A DNA stretch of 61,440 bases, the filler included. It is 5 parts of 5 records of this genome, joined end to end, with 100 filler letters (N's around TTAATTAATTAA, not from the genome) between each part and the next. Parts side by side here need not be neighbours in the genome. Positions count along the whole stretch, not along the records: positions 1 to 23,031 come from DRR723986_33066; 4 more parts are not named here. One strand, written 5' to 3'. Below the pieces are notes generated by a model, which worked only from the letters and a program-made list of their open reading frames with translations, ran no database searches and was not told the DNA's origin. Every line of letters starts with the position of its first letter. The first letter of the stretch is position 1. The translations under genes were made by a program, and so were the position numbers. Shown here piece by piece: positions 1 through 8,862 of the stretch.

Positions 1-144
1 AAGTTTAACAGATCTTACATTGCTTTTGCTACCTTACTGGTAGAAATGAGGATATACATTTTTTAGATAATCCAAACAAGGATTTACTCCGCTCAAGTTG
101 ATTTCTTATGCTTTTTGGAGTAGAATGACTGCTCGAAAGCACAT

Positions 145-179
145 TGTGATAGTTTCGTGATGATTAGAATATAACTTCC
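145..179 (+). promoter_or_regulatory. Direct-repeat box TGTGA-N6-CGTGA (145-160) plus -7-like element TAACTTCC (172-179); putative OmpR-family binding site
   Basis: 11-bp-period direct repeat ending 40 bp upstream of the response regulator ATG. The same architecture recurs at 5446-5480. Confidence 0.6.
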
Positions 180-199
180 GCATTCATATTATTTTTCAG

Positions 200-898
200 A
201 TGAAAAAAGTACTTATAGTAGAAGACGATCCCAATATCAGCCAACTGATTCAGATTCACCTTAAGGATCTGGATTATGAAATAAAAGTCAGGAATAATGG
301 GAGGGAAGGGTTTGAAGAAGCAAATTCCAATTCTTACGATTTGCTTATTCTGGACATCATGCTTCCCGAAATGGATGGTATAGCTATTTGTCAACGACTG
401 AGAGCATTGGATAATTTCACTCCAATTCTTATGATCACGGCCAAATCGGAGGAAATAGATAAGGTGATTGGTTTGGAATCCGGTGCTGATGATTACATCA
501 CCAAGCCTTTTAAGATCCGGGAATTCATCGCCAGAGTCAAAGCTATCATGCGGCGTCAGGATCAGTTTGCAATACTTTCAGCTAATGAGGTCAAACTGAT
601 CAAATTCGAGTCTCTGGAAATAGATGAGAAAAAACGAAAGGTCTTGCTCCTTCAAAAACGCGTGGATTTGACTCCAAAAGAGTTTGATTTATTAGTTCTC
701 ATGGCAAAGAATCCAGGGAGAAGTTATTCCAGGGCGGAATTGCTGGAATTGATCTGGGGATATGATTTCTCTGGCTATGAACATACTGTAAATGCGCATA
801 TTAATAGGCTTCGAGCAAAGATCGAGGCAGATCCTAATAATCCGGTTTATATCCTAACTACCTGGGGAGTTGGATATAGATTCAATGATGAATTTTAA
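200..898 (+). CDS. OmpR/PhoB-family response regulator
   Basis: Receiver motifs (IVEDD, LDIMLP, GADDYITKPF) and winged-helix C-terminus (LTPKEFDLL, VNAHINRLRAKIE, TWGVGYRF). Confidence 0.97.
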   Translation: MKKVLIVEDDPNISQLIQIHLKDLDYEIKVRNNGREGFEEANSNSYDLLILDIMLPEMDGIAICQRLRALDNFTPILMITAKSEEIDKVIGLESGADDYITKPFKIREFIARVKAIMRRQDQFAILSANEVKLIKFESLEIDEKKRKVLLLQKRVDLTPKEFDLLVLMAKNPGRSYSRAELLELIWGYDFSGYEHTVNAHINRLRAKIEADPNNPVYILTTWGVGYRFNDEF

Positions 899-907
899 GC
901 TACAGCT

Positions 908-2356
908 ATGAAAAGTCTATTTCTCAGAATTTCTCTCATCTTCATTCTGGTATTACTGATTGTGGGTTGTTCATATGTTTTTATCACTGCTACGACCGCT
1001 CAGCGCTATTTTCAGGAAACTACCCAGCGTCTTAATGCCACAGTCGCAGAATACATGATTGAGGAGGTCAATCCTTTTGTAGATGGAGAAGTGAATGAAG
1101 CCGCCCTAGGTACAATTATGCATTCCATGATGGCTGTCAACCCGGGGATTGAAGTATATCTGCTGGACCCAACTGGAGAAATTATTTCCTACGTTGTTTT
1201 GGATCAGCTAGTCAAGTTAAAACGAGTCGATTTAGCTCCAGTTAAAGAATTTATCGCCGCCAAAGGTGATGATTTTGTGATGGGGGATGACCCAAGAAAT
1301 CCAGGTGAACAATCGGTCTTTTCGGCCACTGCTGTGTATGATGATGAGAAGTTACTCGGCTACGTGTACATTATTTTGGCTAGTGAAAAATATGAAACCA
1401 TCTCTTCTGGCGTATTAGGGAGCTATTGGATGCAGCTGACCTTCAATTCTATTCTGATCACTTTAGTGGTGGCATTGCTGATTGGCTTAGTCCTGATCGC
1501 ATGGCTAACTAGGCATTTGCGAACAATAGTTAAAACTGTGGAGCGATTTAAGGATGGAGATTTGAACGCAAGAGTGCCAGATTATAAGGCTAACTCAGAA
1601 TTTTCTGTGTTGGGTGAGACTTTTAATCACATGGCTGATCGGATTCTCCATAATATAGAGGAACTCAAAAATGTAGATTCTTTACGTAGGGAGTTGATCG
1701 CTAATGTGTCTCATGACCTCCGCAATCCTCTCGCGATTATAAATGGCTATATAGAAACCTTGCAGATGAAAGGAGAGTCCCTTTCCCAGGAAGAAAGGGA
1801 GAGCTATCTAAAAATCATCGGAAACAGTACGGATAAGCTCACCAAATTGGTTGCAGATCTTTTTGATTTGTCCAAGTTGGAATCGGGACAAATGCAGGTG
1901 AAGAAAGAGAACCTGAATATTCAGGAGTTGCTTCAGGACAGTAGTTTGAAGTATGAGCTTTTGGCTAAGTCAAAGAACATTTCAATCGACACAAGCATTT
2001 CCTCTTCGTTGCCCATGGTGAAAGCGGATCTTTACTTACTTGATCGTGTGATCCAAAATCTGCTTGATAATGCAGTAAAATACACTCCCAATGATGGAGA
2101 GATCAGTATTGAAGCAAATTCTGTAGCTGGAGCAGTACAGGTGAAAATCAAAAACTCAGGTGGAGGAATTCCTCAGGCAGATTTGGAAGCGATTTTTGAT
2201 CGCTATTATATGATTGACAAGGAGCGGGAAGGAGTAGAAGGCTCAGGACTTGGCTTGGCCATAGTAAAGAGAATCCTGGAAGTACATGGATCAGATATTT
2301 ACATCCAATCAGATTCCAATACGTTTACAGAATTTATATTTGAACTTCCAACTTAG
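908..2356 (+). CDS. HAMP-domain sensor histidine kinase
   Basis: Two TM segments, HAMP, H-box (NVSHDLRNPL), N-box (NLLDNAVKY), G2 box (GSGLGLAIV); 9 bp after the regulator. Confidence 0.97.
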   Translation: MKSLFLRISLIFILVLLIVGCSYVFITATTAQRYFQETTQRLNATVAEYMIEEVNPFVDGEVNEAALGTIMHSMMAVNPGIEVYLLDPTGEIISYVVLDQLVKLKRVDLAPVKEFIAAKGDDFVMGDDPRNPGEQSVFSATAVYDDEKLLGYVYIILASEKYETISSGVLGSYWMQLTFNSILITLVVALLIGLVLIAWLTRHLRTIVKTVERFKDGDLNARVPDYKANSEFSVLGETFNHMADRILHNIEELKNVDSLRRELIANVSHDLRNPLAIINGYIETLQMKGESLSQEERESYLKIIGNSTDKLTKLVADLFDLSKLESGQMQVKKENLNIQELLQDSSLKYELLAKSKNISIDTSISSSLPMVKADLYLLDRVIQNLLDNAVKYTPNDGEISIEANSVAGAVQVKIKNSGGGIPQADLEAIFDRYYMIDKEREGVEGSGLGLAIVKRILEVHGSDIYIQSDSNTFTEFIFELPT

Positions 2357-2434
2357 TTTTTTTGGTAATTGAGTTGGTTTTCAGGAATAAAAGTTTCAAT
2401 TTTTTGAATACCAAACTGTTATAATTCTGCTGTG

Positions 2435-2908
2435 ATGAAAAGTATCTGTATACTCTGTCTTTTTGGTGTTTTCCTATTGATGAATGGATGTGTTGAAGAT
2501 CTTGAGAAGGAAACAGATGAACTGACAGGGAAATGGGAAAATAGCTTTCCTGACCCTGATGACAGCACCAGCGTTCTAGTTTTATACTATGTGATGAAAA
2601 GCGACGCTACTTTAGAAGAAGGATATCTAAAAAGAAATCTACAAAGTGGTGAAGAAGGATATTTGTTTTTAGCAACCAGTGAGTATGCCACCAAAGATGG
2701 ATTTATAGAGTTTTCCGATTACACTACCTTCAGAAGCGAATCCGCATCAGGGAATCTCGAATACATTCCCAAAGAAGAACTTGTACGCTATGGTACTCCA
2801 ATGTCCCGAAAGATGTCTTACAAATTATTGGAAAATAACCAGGTATTGTCTGTCTATCAGGGTTGCCCCGCTGATTTTTGCTATGATGTTCTATATGACA
2901 AACTTTAA
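2435..2908 (+). CDS. Hypothetical lipoprotein
   Basis: Signal peptide with lipobox-like MNGC; LTGKWE resembles the start of lipocalin-like folds. ATG at 2435. Confidence 0.7.
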   Translation: MKSICILCLFGVFLLMNGCVEDLEKETDELTGKWENSFPDPDDSTSVLVLYYVMKSDATLEEGYLKRNLQSGEEGYLFLATSEYATKDGFIEFSDYTTFRSESASGNLEYIPKEELVRYGTPMSRKMSYKLLENNQVLSVYQGCPADFCYDVLYDKL

Positions 2909-2968
2909 TAATGCATTTCAAAAGGAGATTATTTAGTTGGGCTGTAACTTTTTACGGTAGAAGTTTGC

Positions 2969-3439
2969 CTACTTAAGCTCAGCAAAGCCAAATGGAATAG
3001 CCGCTGCACCACACCATAGGATTCCGTGTGAAAACTTTGAATATGGAAAGTTGGCTAGTTTGAAATAGTGTTCTCCAGGTTCATTCACGACAGCTACTAA
3101 TTGGAAGCTTTCCTTTTCTGAAAGTGTTAAGTCTTTTGATGAAGAAAGATAGACGGTGACAGTTCCGGTATGAAAACTTGAAGTAAAGTCACTGCCAAGT
3201 TTGATAAAGTATGAACCGCTTTCGTCGGTGACCAAATCTATCATTCCCTTGGTGTTGGAGCCACTTTGAGAGGTGAATGTTCCTGTTTTAAGGATTTCTA
3301 CTTCTCCTGTTACTTTCACTGATCCGGGAATACCGCTAGTGTCATCAGGGATGATGGGATCAGAGTCTTTTGAGTTATTACATGCACTGGAAAAAAGAAG
3401 TATTGAGAATACAAGTGAGTAAGTGATAGATAGTTTCAT
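2969..3439 (-). CDS. DM13-domain lipoprotein
   Basis: Lipobox SSAC; DM13-like motifs GTF..., TVYLS, LWC...PFGFAEL; paralogue of 4974-5423. Confidence 0.85.
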   Translation of the reverse strand: MKLSITYSLVFSILLFSSACNNSKDSDPIIPDDTSGIPGSVKVTGEVEILKTGTFTSQSGSNTKGMIDLVTDESGSYFIKLGSDFTSSFHTGTVTVYLSSSKDLTLSEKESFQLVAVVNEPGEHYFKLANFPYSKFSHGILWCGAAAIPFGFAELK

Positions 3440-3441
3440 GA

Positions 3442-4080
3442 TTACGAGAGTTTAAAGTTGGCTAAGTCACGGAAGAGAATTCTATTTCTGCTGTAGTTGA
3501 TAATCCCCTTTTGCTTCAGATTAGACAAGGTTTTGGTTACAGTTTGCCTACTGGAGTCAGAAAGTAAGGCAAAATCCTCATGGGTTAAGTTGATTTTCAG
3601 AAGGGTTTCGTCCCCATATTTCTTTCCTAATTTCACCGCAAGTTCTTTTAGTACAACTCTGATTCGCTGCTCAGCATCACACGAAATAAGGCGTTCGTGT
3701 CTTTGAGCTGATTCTAAAGCTCTATCAATGAGTTTTTGGTTTAAACTTTTTTGTTCCTGGAAGGATAAATTAGCAAAGCTGCCCACTTTTTGGATCAGGG
3801 TGCCATCTTGGATTGCTATTGCATAGCTCAAATTTTGTCTTGGAAAGGTTGAGTCAACTTCGCCTTCACCGATAATTTCGCCTTCTCCTACTATTTTCAA
3901 TATGGTTTGAAGGCCATTTGGAAGCGTTTTTTGCAGCTTAACGATTCCTTTTTTTATAAGATAAAACCCTTCTGAGTGCTGATCTTGCTTATAGATGCTT
4001 TGTCCTTTGGAGTAACTTTTGAAAACAGGGAAAGTAACCTGGATTGACTCTCTCGAGGGTTGTATTAGACTAGTATTCAT
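3442..4080 (-). CDS. Crp/Fnr-family transcriptional regulator
   Basis: cNMP-binding-like N-terminus (YLIKKGIVKL, GEIIGE) and HTH (LTHEDFALLSDSSRQTVTKTL); no FNR-type Cys cluster. Confidence 0.92.
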   Translation of the reverse strand: MNTSLIQPSRESIQVTFPVFKSYSKGQSIYKQDQHSEGFYLIKKGIVKLQKTLPNGLQTILKIVGEGEIIGEGEVDSTFPRQNLSYAIAIQDGTLIQKVGSFANLSFQEQKSLNQKLIDRALESAQRHERLISCDAEQRIRVVLKELAVKLGKKYGDETLLKINLTHEDFALLSDSSRQTVTKTLSNLKQKGIINYSRNRILFRDLANFKLS

Positions 4081-4967
4081 TTTTTCTGTGGTTTATGTTC
4101 GTAATAGACTCCCAAGCCGAAAACTCCTGAGGAGTAGATGTTTTTTCGCTCGAAAATCCAATCGTTGTAGTTTCTGTAGTTCAAACTCAGATGAATGTTT
4201 TTGTAAACGGGCAAACTTGCCCCAAAGCTGTAGCCAGTATATTCGGTCCCGTCACCTCGGACAAAGTCCGTTGCTACATCCACTTCGGCCACAGAACTGA
4301 GTGCATTTAATCGGGCATTTACCCAAACAATGTCCGCAATGTGATAGCCTATCTCCGCACCAATGGCAAATTGGTCGGAAAAGGAAACGCCTTCGTATTG
4401 AGTTCGGAAATTATAGGAGCTGAAGAGATTCCCATAGAAAGGAATGGATGGAAGTGCAAAAGAAGTGGCCAATGTTGTCCAAACATTGAATTCTCCATCT
4501 CCCGATGGGAGATTGATTTGCTCAAAGTCATTGACCTTACTTTTGGCAAAATGATTTGCCCTCCCTATTGGAAGTTCAGGGGCCACCGAAATACTCAAGG
4601 GGAAATACTTTTTGAGAAGCGCGTGCTTGAACTCCAACCGTAAGTCACCGATGCCGCTTACTGTCTCAGTAGTTTCAAAAGCATTCCAGGTTTGTAAAGG
4701 CCAATTGGCTATAATGGTGAATTTGTCAGTGAGTCCATACTCCCCATAGAAAACCAATGATTGCTGTGAAAATTGATTCGTTTTCAGCAGTTCTCCTTCA
4801 AGAGAATAGTAATCCTTTGATTTCAGCGATTGAAAACTGAGTTGGTAAAATCCTTCTGTTTTTTCTTTGGTCCACCCACTTTGCGCAGCTATATCCAAAG
4901 AAATTAAACACATAAACCCAAGGACAACTGCCTTGAGTTTAGATGTAAGTGAGCGTTGGAATTCCAT
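4077..4967 (-). CDS. Putative outer-membrane beta-barrel protein
   Basis: Signal peptide ending AAQ, amphipathic beta-strands, GIGDLRL motif, C-terminal GLGVYY; ATGA overlap with the Crp gene. Confidence 0.7.
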   Translation of the reverse strand: MEFQRSLTSKLKAVVLGFMCLISLDIAAQSGWTKEKTEGFYQLSFQSLKSKDYYSLEGELLKTNQFSQQSLVFYGEYGLTDKFTIIANWPLQTWNAFETTETVSGIGDLRLEFKHALLKKYFPLSISVAPELPIGRANHFAKSKVNDFEQINLPSGDGEFNVWTTLATSFALPSIPFYGNLFSSYNFRTQYEGVSFSDQFAIGAEIGYHIADIVWVNARLNALSSVAEVDVATDFVRGDGTEYTGYSFGASLPVYKNIHLSLNYRNYNDWIFERKNIYSSGVFGLGVYYEHKPQKK

Positions 4968-4973
4968 GTTTTG

Positions 4974-5423
4974 TTATTGAAGTGGAGCATTTCCGAAAGG
5001 AATCCCTACCGATCCACACCACAATAAAACGTGGGTGTATTTGGCGGTGCTTACTCCGGATGGAATAGCGAAGAAATTTTCCCCAGCCATTCTTACTGGA
5101 CCGACTACCAATAAGTCAGGATTTCCGTTGCCTGGGTCTGCCATAAAAGTCGCAGAAGTGGACAAATAAACAGTCACCGTTCCAGTGGCTAGTGCAGTAT
5201 TGAAGTTAGATCCAAACTGCAAGAACTCCTTGCCCTCTGTGTCCAGCCCTAACCCGGCAGTTCCCATTGATCCAGCTCCGTTTTGATCTATGAATGTGCC
5301 GCTTCGAGTTACATTCAGAGTGCCTGTTGGTGTGGTTGGATCAATCGTGATAGGATCCGTGTCATCTGCACATGAGGCTAAGCCTAAAAAGGCTACATAA
5401 AATAGGATAAATACTTTTTTCAT
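4974..5423 (-). CDS. DM13-domain lipoprotein
   Basis: Lipobox LASC; SGTF, TGTVTVYLS, YTHVLLWC..GIPFGNAPL. Confidence 0.87.
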   Translation of the reverse strand: MKKVFILFYVAFLGLASCADDTDPITIDPTTPTGTLNVTRSGTFIDQNGAGSMGTAGLGLDTEGKEFLQFGSNFNTALATGTVTVYLSTSATFMADPGNGNPDLLVVGPVRMAGENFFAIPSGVSTAKYTHVLLWCGSVGIPFGNAPLQ

Positions 5424-5445
5424 GATTATGAGGTTTTGATTGATT

Positions 5446-5480
5446 CAAAATTGCTCTCAGGATATCACAAAAAAGTCACG
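5446..5480 (-). promoter_or_regulatory. Direct-repeat box CGTGA-N6-TGTGA (5465-5480, minus strand) plus -7-like element CAATTTTG (5446-5453)
   Basis: Same half-sites, 11-bp period, orientation and 11-nt spacing to a -7-like octamer as the box at 145-179; about 42 bp upstream of the DM13 ATG. Confidence 0.6.
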
Positions 5481-5538
5481 GAAGAGTAAACAATTTATAC
5501 CTAAGGTTCTTTTCTTTGGAGATAAAAACAGCCTAACT

Positions 5539-5832
5539 ATGAAACTTGACGATAAGCAGATTTCCGATTTTTTAGAAGCAAATGATAAGATAAACGAGTA
5601 TGATCCTATCCTGAAGTCACTTTGGTATGATGGAAATGGAAACTGGGAGAAAGCTCACGATGAGGTAGATAGTCTGGGTGGACAAGATGCCGCGAGAATC
5701 CATGCTTATTTGCACAGAAAGGAGGGCGATCAATGGAATGCTGATTACTGGTACAGTAGAGCTGGAGAAAGTAAGCCAAATCTCACTTTAGATGAAGAAT
5801 GGGCGGACCTGCTCAGTCGCTTTTTGAAATAG
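5539..5832 (+). CDS. Conserved hypothetical protein (HAYLHRKEGD...NAxYWY family)
   Basis: Recognisable motif WEKAH...IHAYLHRKEGDQWNADYWYSRAG; ATG at 5539 preferred over the TTG at 5440. Confidence 0.8.
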   Translation: MKLDDKQISDFLEANDKINEYDPILKSLWYDGNGNWEKAHDEVDSLGGQDAARIHAYLHRKEGDQWNADYWYSRAGESKPNLTLDEEWADLLSRFLK

Positions 5833-5856
5833 TGCTGAAAAATTATAACCAAATGG

Positions 5857-6294
5857 ATGCGTGAATGTTACATACACATGAAATCCTTGGTTTTACTAGT
5901 GTATCTTTTTTTTATGGTTACCAACGCTGTCAATACTATTGAAGACTACAGGTGGGAAAAGCGAATCGTGATCACAAATTTTGAGAACATGAAACTCGAT
6001 CCGATTCTGGAAGGAAAGGGTAAAAGTATAGATGAGAGAAAGCTTTTATTCGTTGAGTTTGAACACGGTGAATACATCAAAAATACGGAACAGGATGAAG
6101 TTGATCCCGCTGGATTTCTCAAGGTGCTGTCTCGTAACAGCCAAAATCCCGAATGGGTTTTAATAGGATTAGATGGAGGTATAAAAGCTTCTGGTAAGAG
6201 AGATGATTTTTCTTTAAACCGTATTTTTCAATTGATTGATCAAATGCCGATGAGGAAGTCAGAATTAATTGGTGATTCTACTTTTTTCAAGTAA
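5857..6294 (+). CDS. DUF4174-domain protein
   Basis: YRWEKRIV, VLIGLDGGIK, IFQLIDQMPMR; start may be the ATG at 5878. Confidence 0.85.
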   Translation: MRECYIHMKSLVLLVYLFFMVTNAVNTIEDYRWEKRIVITNFENMKLDPILEGKGKSIDERKLLFVEFEHGEYIKNTEQDEVDPAGFLKVLSRNSQNPEWVLIGLDGGIKASGKRDDFSLNRIFQLIDQMPMRKSELIGDSTFFK

Positions 6295-6393
6295 AATATT
6301 TCAGTTTTTACCTGAAAAATACCCTACATAGGGTATTTTTTTGCTTTATCTCAGGTGGTAAATTTGAGTTACGTAAATCTTATTCCTATATCT

Positions 6394-6621
6394 ATGAAAT
6401 TCTTTTACCTTTCTTCCAATCCCAACGACAATGGCATACATGAAGTGCACGATCGAGAGTGTGAGCATATTCCGAGTGCCTATGACCGGGACTACCTTGG
6501 ACCATACAATTCAGGCAAAGAAGCCTTGAGGAAAGTATTGGTTATCAAAGAGAAGGTAGGTTTATGTGAATCTTGCTGTATTCCAAAAGAGAGATCTTTT
6601 ACTTCCAATGTGAGCGATTAA
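6394..6621 (+). CDS. Small His/Cys-rich hypothetical protein
   Basis: HEVH..EC and CESCC motifs; exact Bacteroidota -7 element TAAATTTG at 6359-6366 supports the ATG at 6394. Confidence 0.75.
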   Translation: MKFFYLSSNPNDNGIHEVHDRECEHIPSAYDRDYLGPYNSGKEALRKVLVIKEKVGLCESCCIPKERSFTSNVSD

Positions 6622-6675
6622 CGAGTCTTTTCCCACATCTACACTTTCAGATGAAGGGTGATTTTATTATTAAAG

Positions 6676-6721
6676 CCAAAAGCCTCAGGTTCAATTAAAT
6701 ATTTTATCCTGAGGCTTTTGG
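6676..6721. terminator. Probable bidirectional intrinsic terminator
   Basis: 14-bp perfect stem CCAAAAGCCTCAGG/CCTGAGGCTTTTGG between convergent genes. Confidence 0.75.
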
Positions 6722-6738
6722 GTTTTAAAGGACGTAAT

Positions 6739-7197
6739 TCAATAGGCAGCTAGCCCAGCTGCCGCGGCAATTCCATCTTGAGCTGAGCTGGCACCTGATA
6801 TTCCGATTGCTCCAACGACTATACCGTCTTTAACTATTGGAAGGCCTCCTTCAATAGCTACTGCATTTGGGAGAGTGGCTATTCTACCTCCTCCTTCAGT
6901 CTTCATTGCATCTTCAAAAACTTTTGTAGGACGCTTGAAATAGACAGCAGTTTTGGCTTTACCTAAGGCAACATCAATGCTTCCTATTTGTACTCCATCC
7001 ATTTTGCGTAAGGAGATCATATGGCCTCCTGCATCGAGGACCACGATCACCATGTTCCAGCCTTCAGCTTTGGATTTTGCTTCTGCAGCATCTGAAATTC
7101 TTGTTGCATCCTCAAGCGTTAAATAAGGCTGTAAGTTGGTCTGAGCATGGATATACAATGGGAAGAATAAAAGAACTAGAATAATTAACTTTTTCAT
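6739..7197 (-). CDS. GlcG/HbpS-family heme-binding protein (DUF336), secreted
   Basis: VVLDAGG, IDVALGKAKTA, EGGLPI, GAIGISG motifs; signal peptide ending HAQ. Confidence 0.92.
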   Translation of the reverse strand: MKKLIILVLLFFPLYIHAQTNLQPYLTLEDATRISDAAEAKSKAEGWNMVIVVLDAGGHMISLRKMDGVQIGSIDVALGKAKTAVYFKRPTKVFEDAMKTEGGGRIATLPNAVAIEGGLPIVKDGIVVGAIGISGASSAQDGIAAAAGLAAY

Positions 7198-7315
7198 AGG
7201 TGGGTTGGATTATGGTGGAATTAATACTAAGTCTGAATTTAATATTTTTTTGGAGGTATAAATGAAAGCATTAACTTGATAAGTGTATTAACATTCAAAC
7301 CTTAAACCCAATATT

Positions 7316-8416
7316 ATGAATTTAACCTCAAGAAGAAACACTTTGAAATCTCTTGCCTTAGGTGCAGGAGTAAGTTTGTTATCTCCTTTTAGTGTATTGT
7401 CTTCTACTATATCAAGAAAGGATAAGCTCGGCGTAGCTTTGGTTGGACTTGGCTACTACAGTACTGACTTATTGGCTCCAGCTCTAGAAAAAACTGAAAA
7501 ATGCTATCTCGCTGGCATAGTCACTGGTACTCCATCAAAGGCAGCTATTTGGAAGGAGAAATATAAAATACCCAAGGAGAATATCTATAACTATGAGAAT
7601 TTTGATTCTATTGCTGCAAATCCAGCTATAGATGTGATTTACATTGTGTTGCCACCATCTATGCATATGGAATATGTGATAAGAGCAGCTAAAGCAGGCA
7701 AACATGTGTGGTGTGAAAAACCAATGGCTGTTACAGTCGAAGAGTGTCAGGCAATGATAGACGCTTGTAAGAAGGCCAATGTCTCCTTATCTATTGGCTA
7801 TCGCTGTCAACATGAACCTAATACGCAGGCATTTCAAAAAATAGTAAAGGAACAAAGTCTGGGTAAGGTTTTAGGCCTAGATTGTGCCGCTGGATATCGC
7901 GAAAACCGTACAGATCACTGGAAGCAAAAGCGTGAAATGGGTGGAGGGGTGATTTATGATATGGGGGTTTATTCTATTCAAGGAGCAAGACTTGGATCAG
8001 GTATGGAGCCAGTTGCAGTGAACTCTGCTAAAGTCTGGACTGAGCGGCCGGAAATTTATAAAGATGGTTTGGGCGAAATTGTTGAGGCAGAATTGGAGTT
8101 TCCAGGTGGTGTAATAGGCACTATCAAAACCTCATTCGGTGGCAATATGAATTTCCTGAATATCAAATGCGAAAAGGGAATGATAGAAATGCAGCCTTTT
8201 TCTGCCTATGCAGGTAATAAAGGTAAGAGTCCATTAGGTGAAATAAATTTTCCTTTTCAGCAACCAATGGAACAAGTTTACCAAATGGACAATGATGCAC
8301 AGACAATAATGGATGGTAAGCCTCAGTCCGTTCCGGGAGAAGAGGGATTAAGAGATATTCGAATTGTTCAGGCTATTCTAGAGTCTGCTGAAAAAGGCGA
8401 AAAAGTGATGATTTAA
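7316..8416 (+). CDS. Gfo/Idh/MocA-family oxidoreductase with Tat signal
   Basis: SRRNTLK twin-arginine leader, VGLGYY, HVWCEKPMA, GGGVIYDMGVY. Confidence 0.93.
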   Translation: MNLTSRRNTLKSLALGAGVSLLSPFSVLSSTISRKDKLGVALVGLGYYSTDLLAPALEKTEKCYLAGIVTGTPSKAAIWKEKYKIPKENIYNYENFDSIAANPAIDVIYIVLPPSMHMEYVIRAAKAGKHVWCEKPMAVTVEECQAMIDACKKANVSLSIGYRCQHEPNTQAFQKIVKEQSLGKVLGLDCAAGYRENRTDHWKQKREMGGGVIYDMGVYSIQGARLGSGMEPVAVNSAKVWTERPEIYKDGLGEIVEAELEFPGGVIGTIKTSFGGNMNFLNIKCEKGMIEMQPFSAYAGNKGKSPLGEINFPFQQPMEQVYQMDNDAQTIMDGKPQSVPGEEGLRDIRIVQAILESAEKGEKVMI

Positions 8417-8662
8417 GTCCCTGAAAATACATCTTGGGGAATTTTCAGTTCATTTAGAGGTATTTTGTTAATTTTTAACCAAGATATTTTAGTTAATTTT
8501 TTGCATATAATATTGCCGAAAATTGAATAAAATGAAGGTTTTAATGCAAACGCCATTTTTCTGCACTAAAAATTAAAAATAAACGCTCAAACACTTCTAA
8601 TGGCACTATAAATGATGTTTATTGTGTCTAATTACATTTTATAACCAACCAATAAAACGATT

Positions 8663-8842
8663 ATGAGCAAACACCAAGAAGTGAAAGATTTGGTCGATTC
8701 TTTAGAAGCAGACTTTGCGAAATTCTACGAAAATGGCAACAAGGCTGCCGGCACTAGAGTAAGAACTGGAATGCAGGCACTTAAAAATCTTGCGCAAGAA
8801 ATCAGAGCTGAAGTAACAGCGATGAAAAACGCAGCTAAATAA
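8663..8842 (+). CDS. Histone H1-like Hc1-family protein, 59 aa (not in ORF track)
   Basis: Manual translation MSKHQEVKDLVDSLEADFAKFYENGNKAAGTRVRTGMQALKNLAQEIRAEVTAMKNAAK; GNKAAGTRxR signature; followed by a strong terminator. Confidence 0.92.
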   Translation: MSKHQEVKDLVDSLEADFAKFYENGNKAAGTRVRTGMQALKNLAQEIRAEVTAMKNAAK

Positions 8843-8862
8843 GCAGTTTAGCGACAAACGAA

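Noticed and set aside
145-160. TGTGA half-site read as a classical CRP box for the nearby Crp protein
   Set aside because: CRP sites are inverted (TGTGA-N6-TCACA); both boxes here are direct repeats, which fits an OmpR-type regulator better. Not fully excluded.
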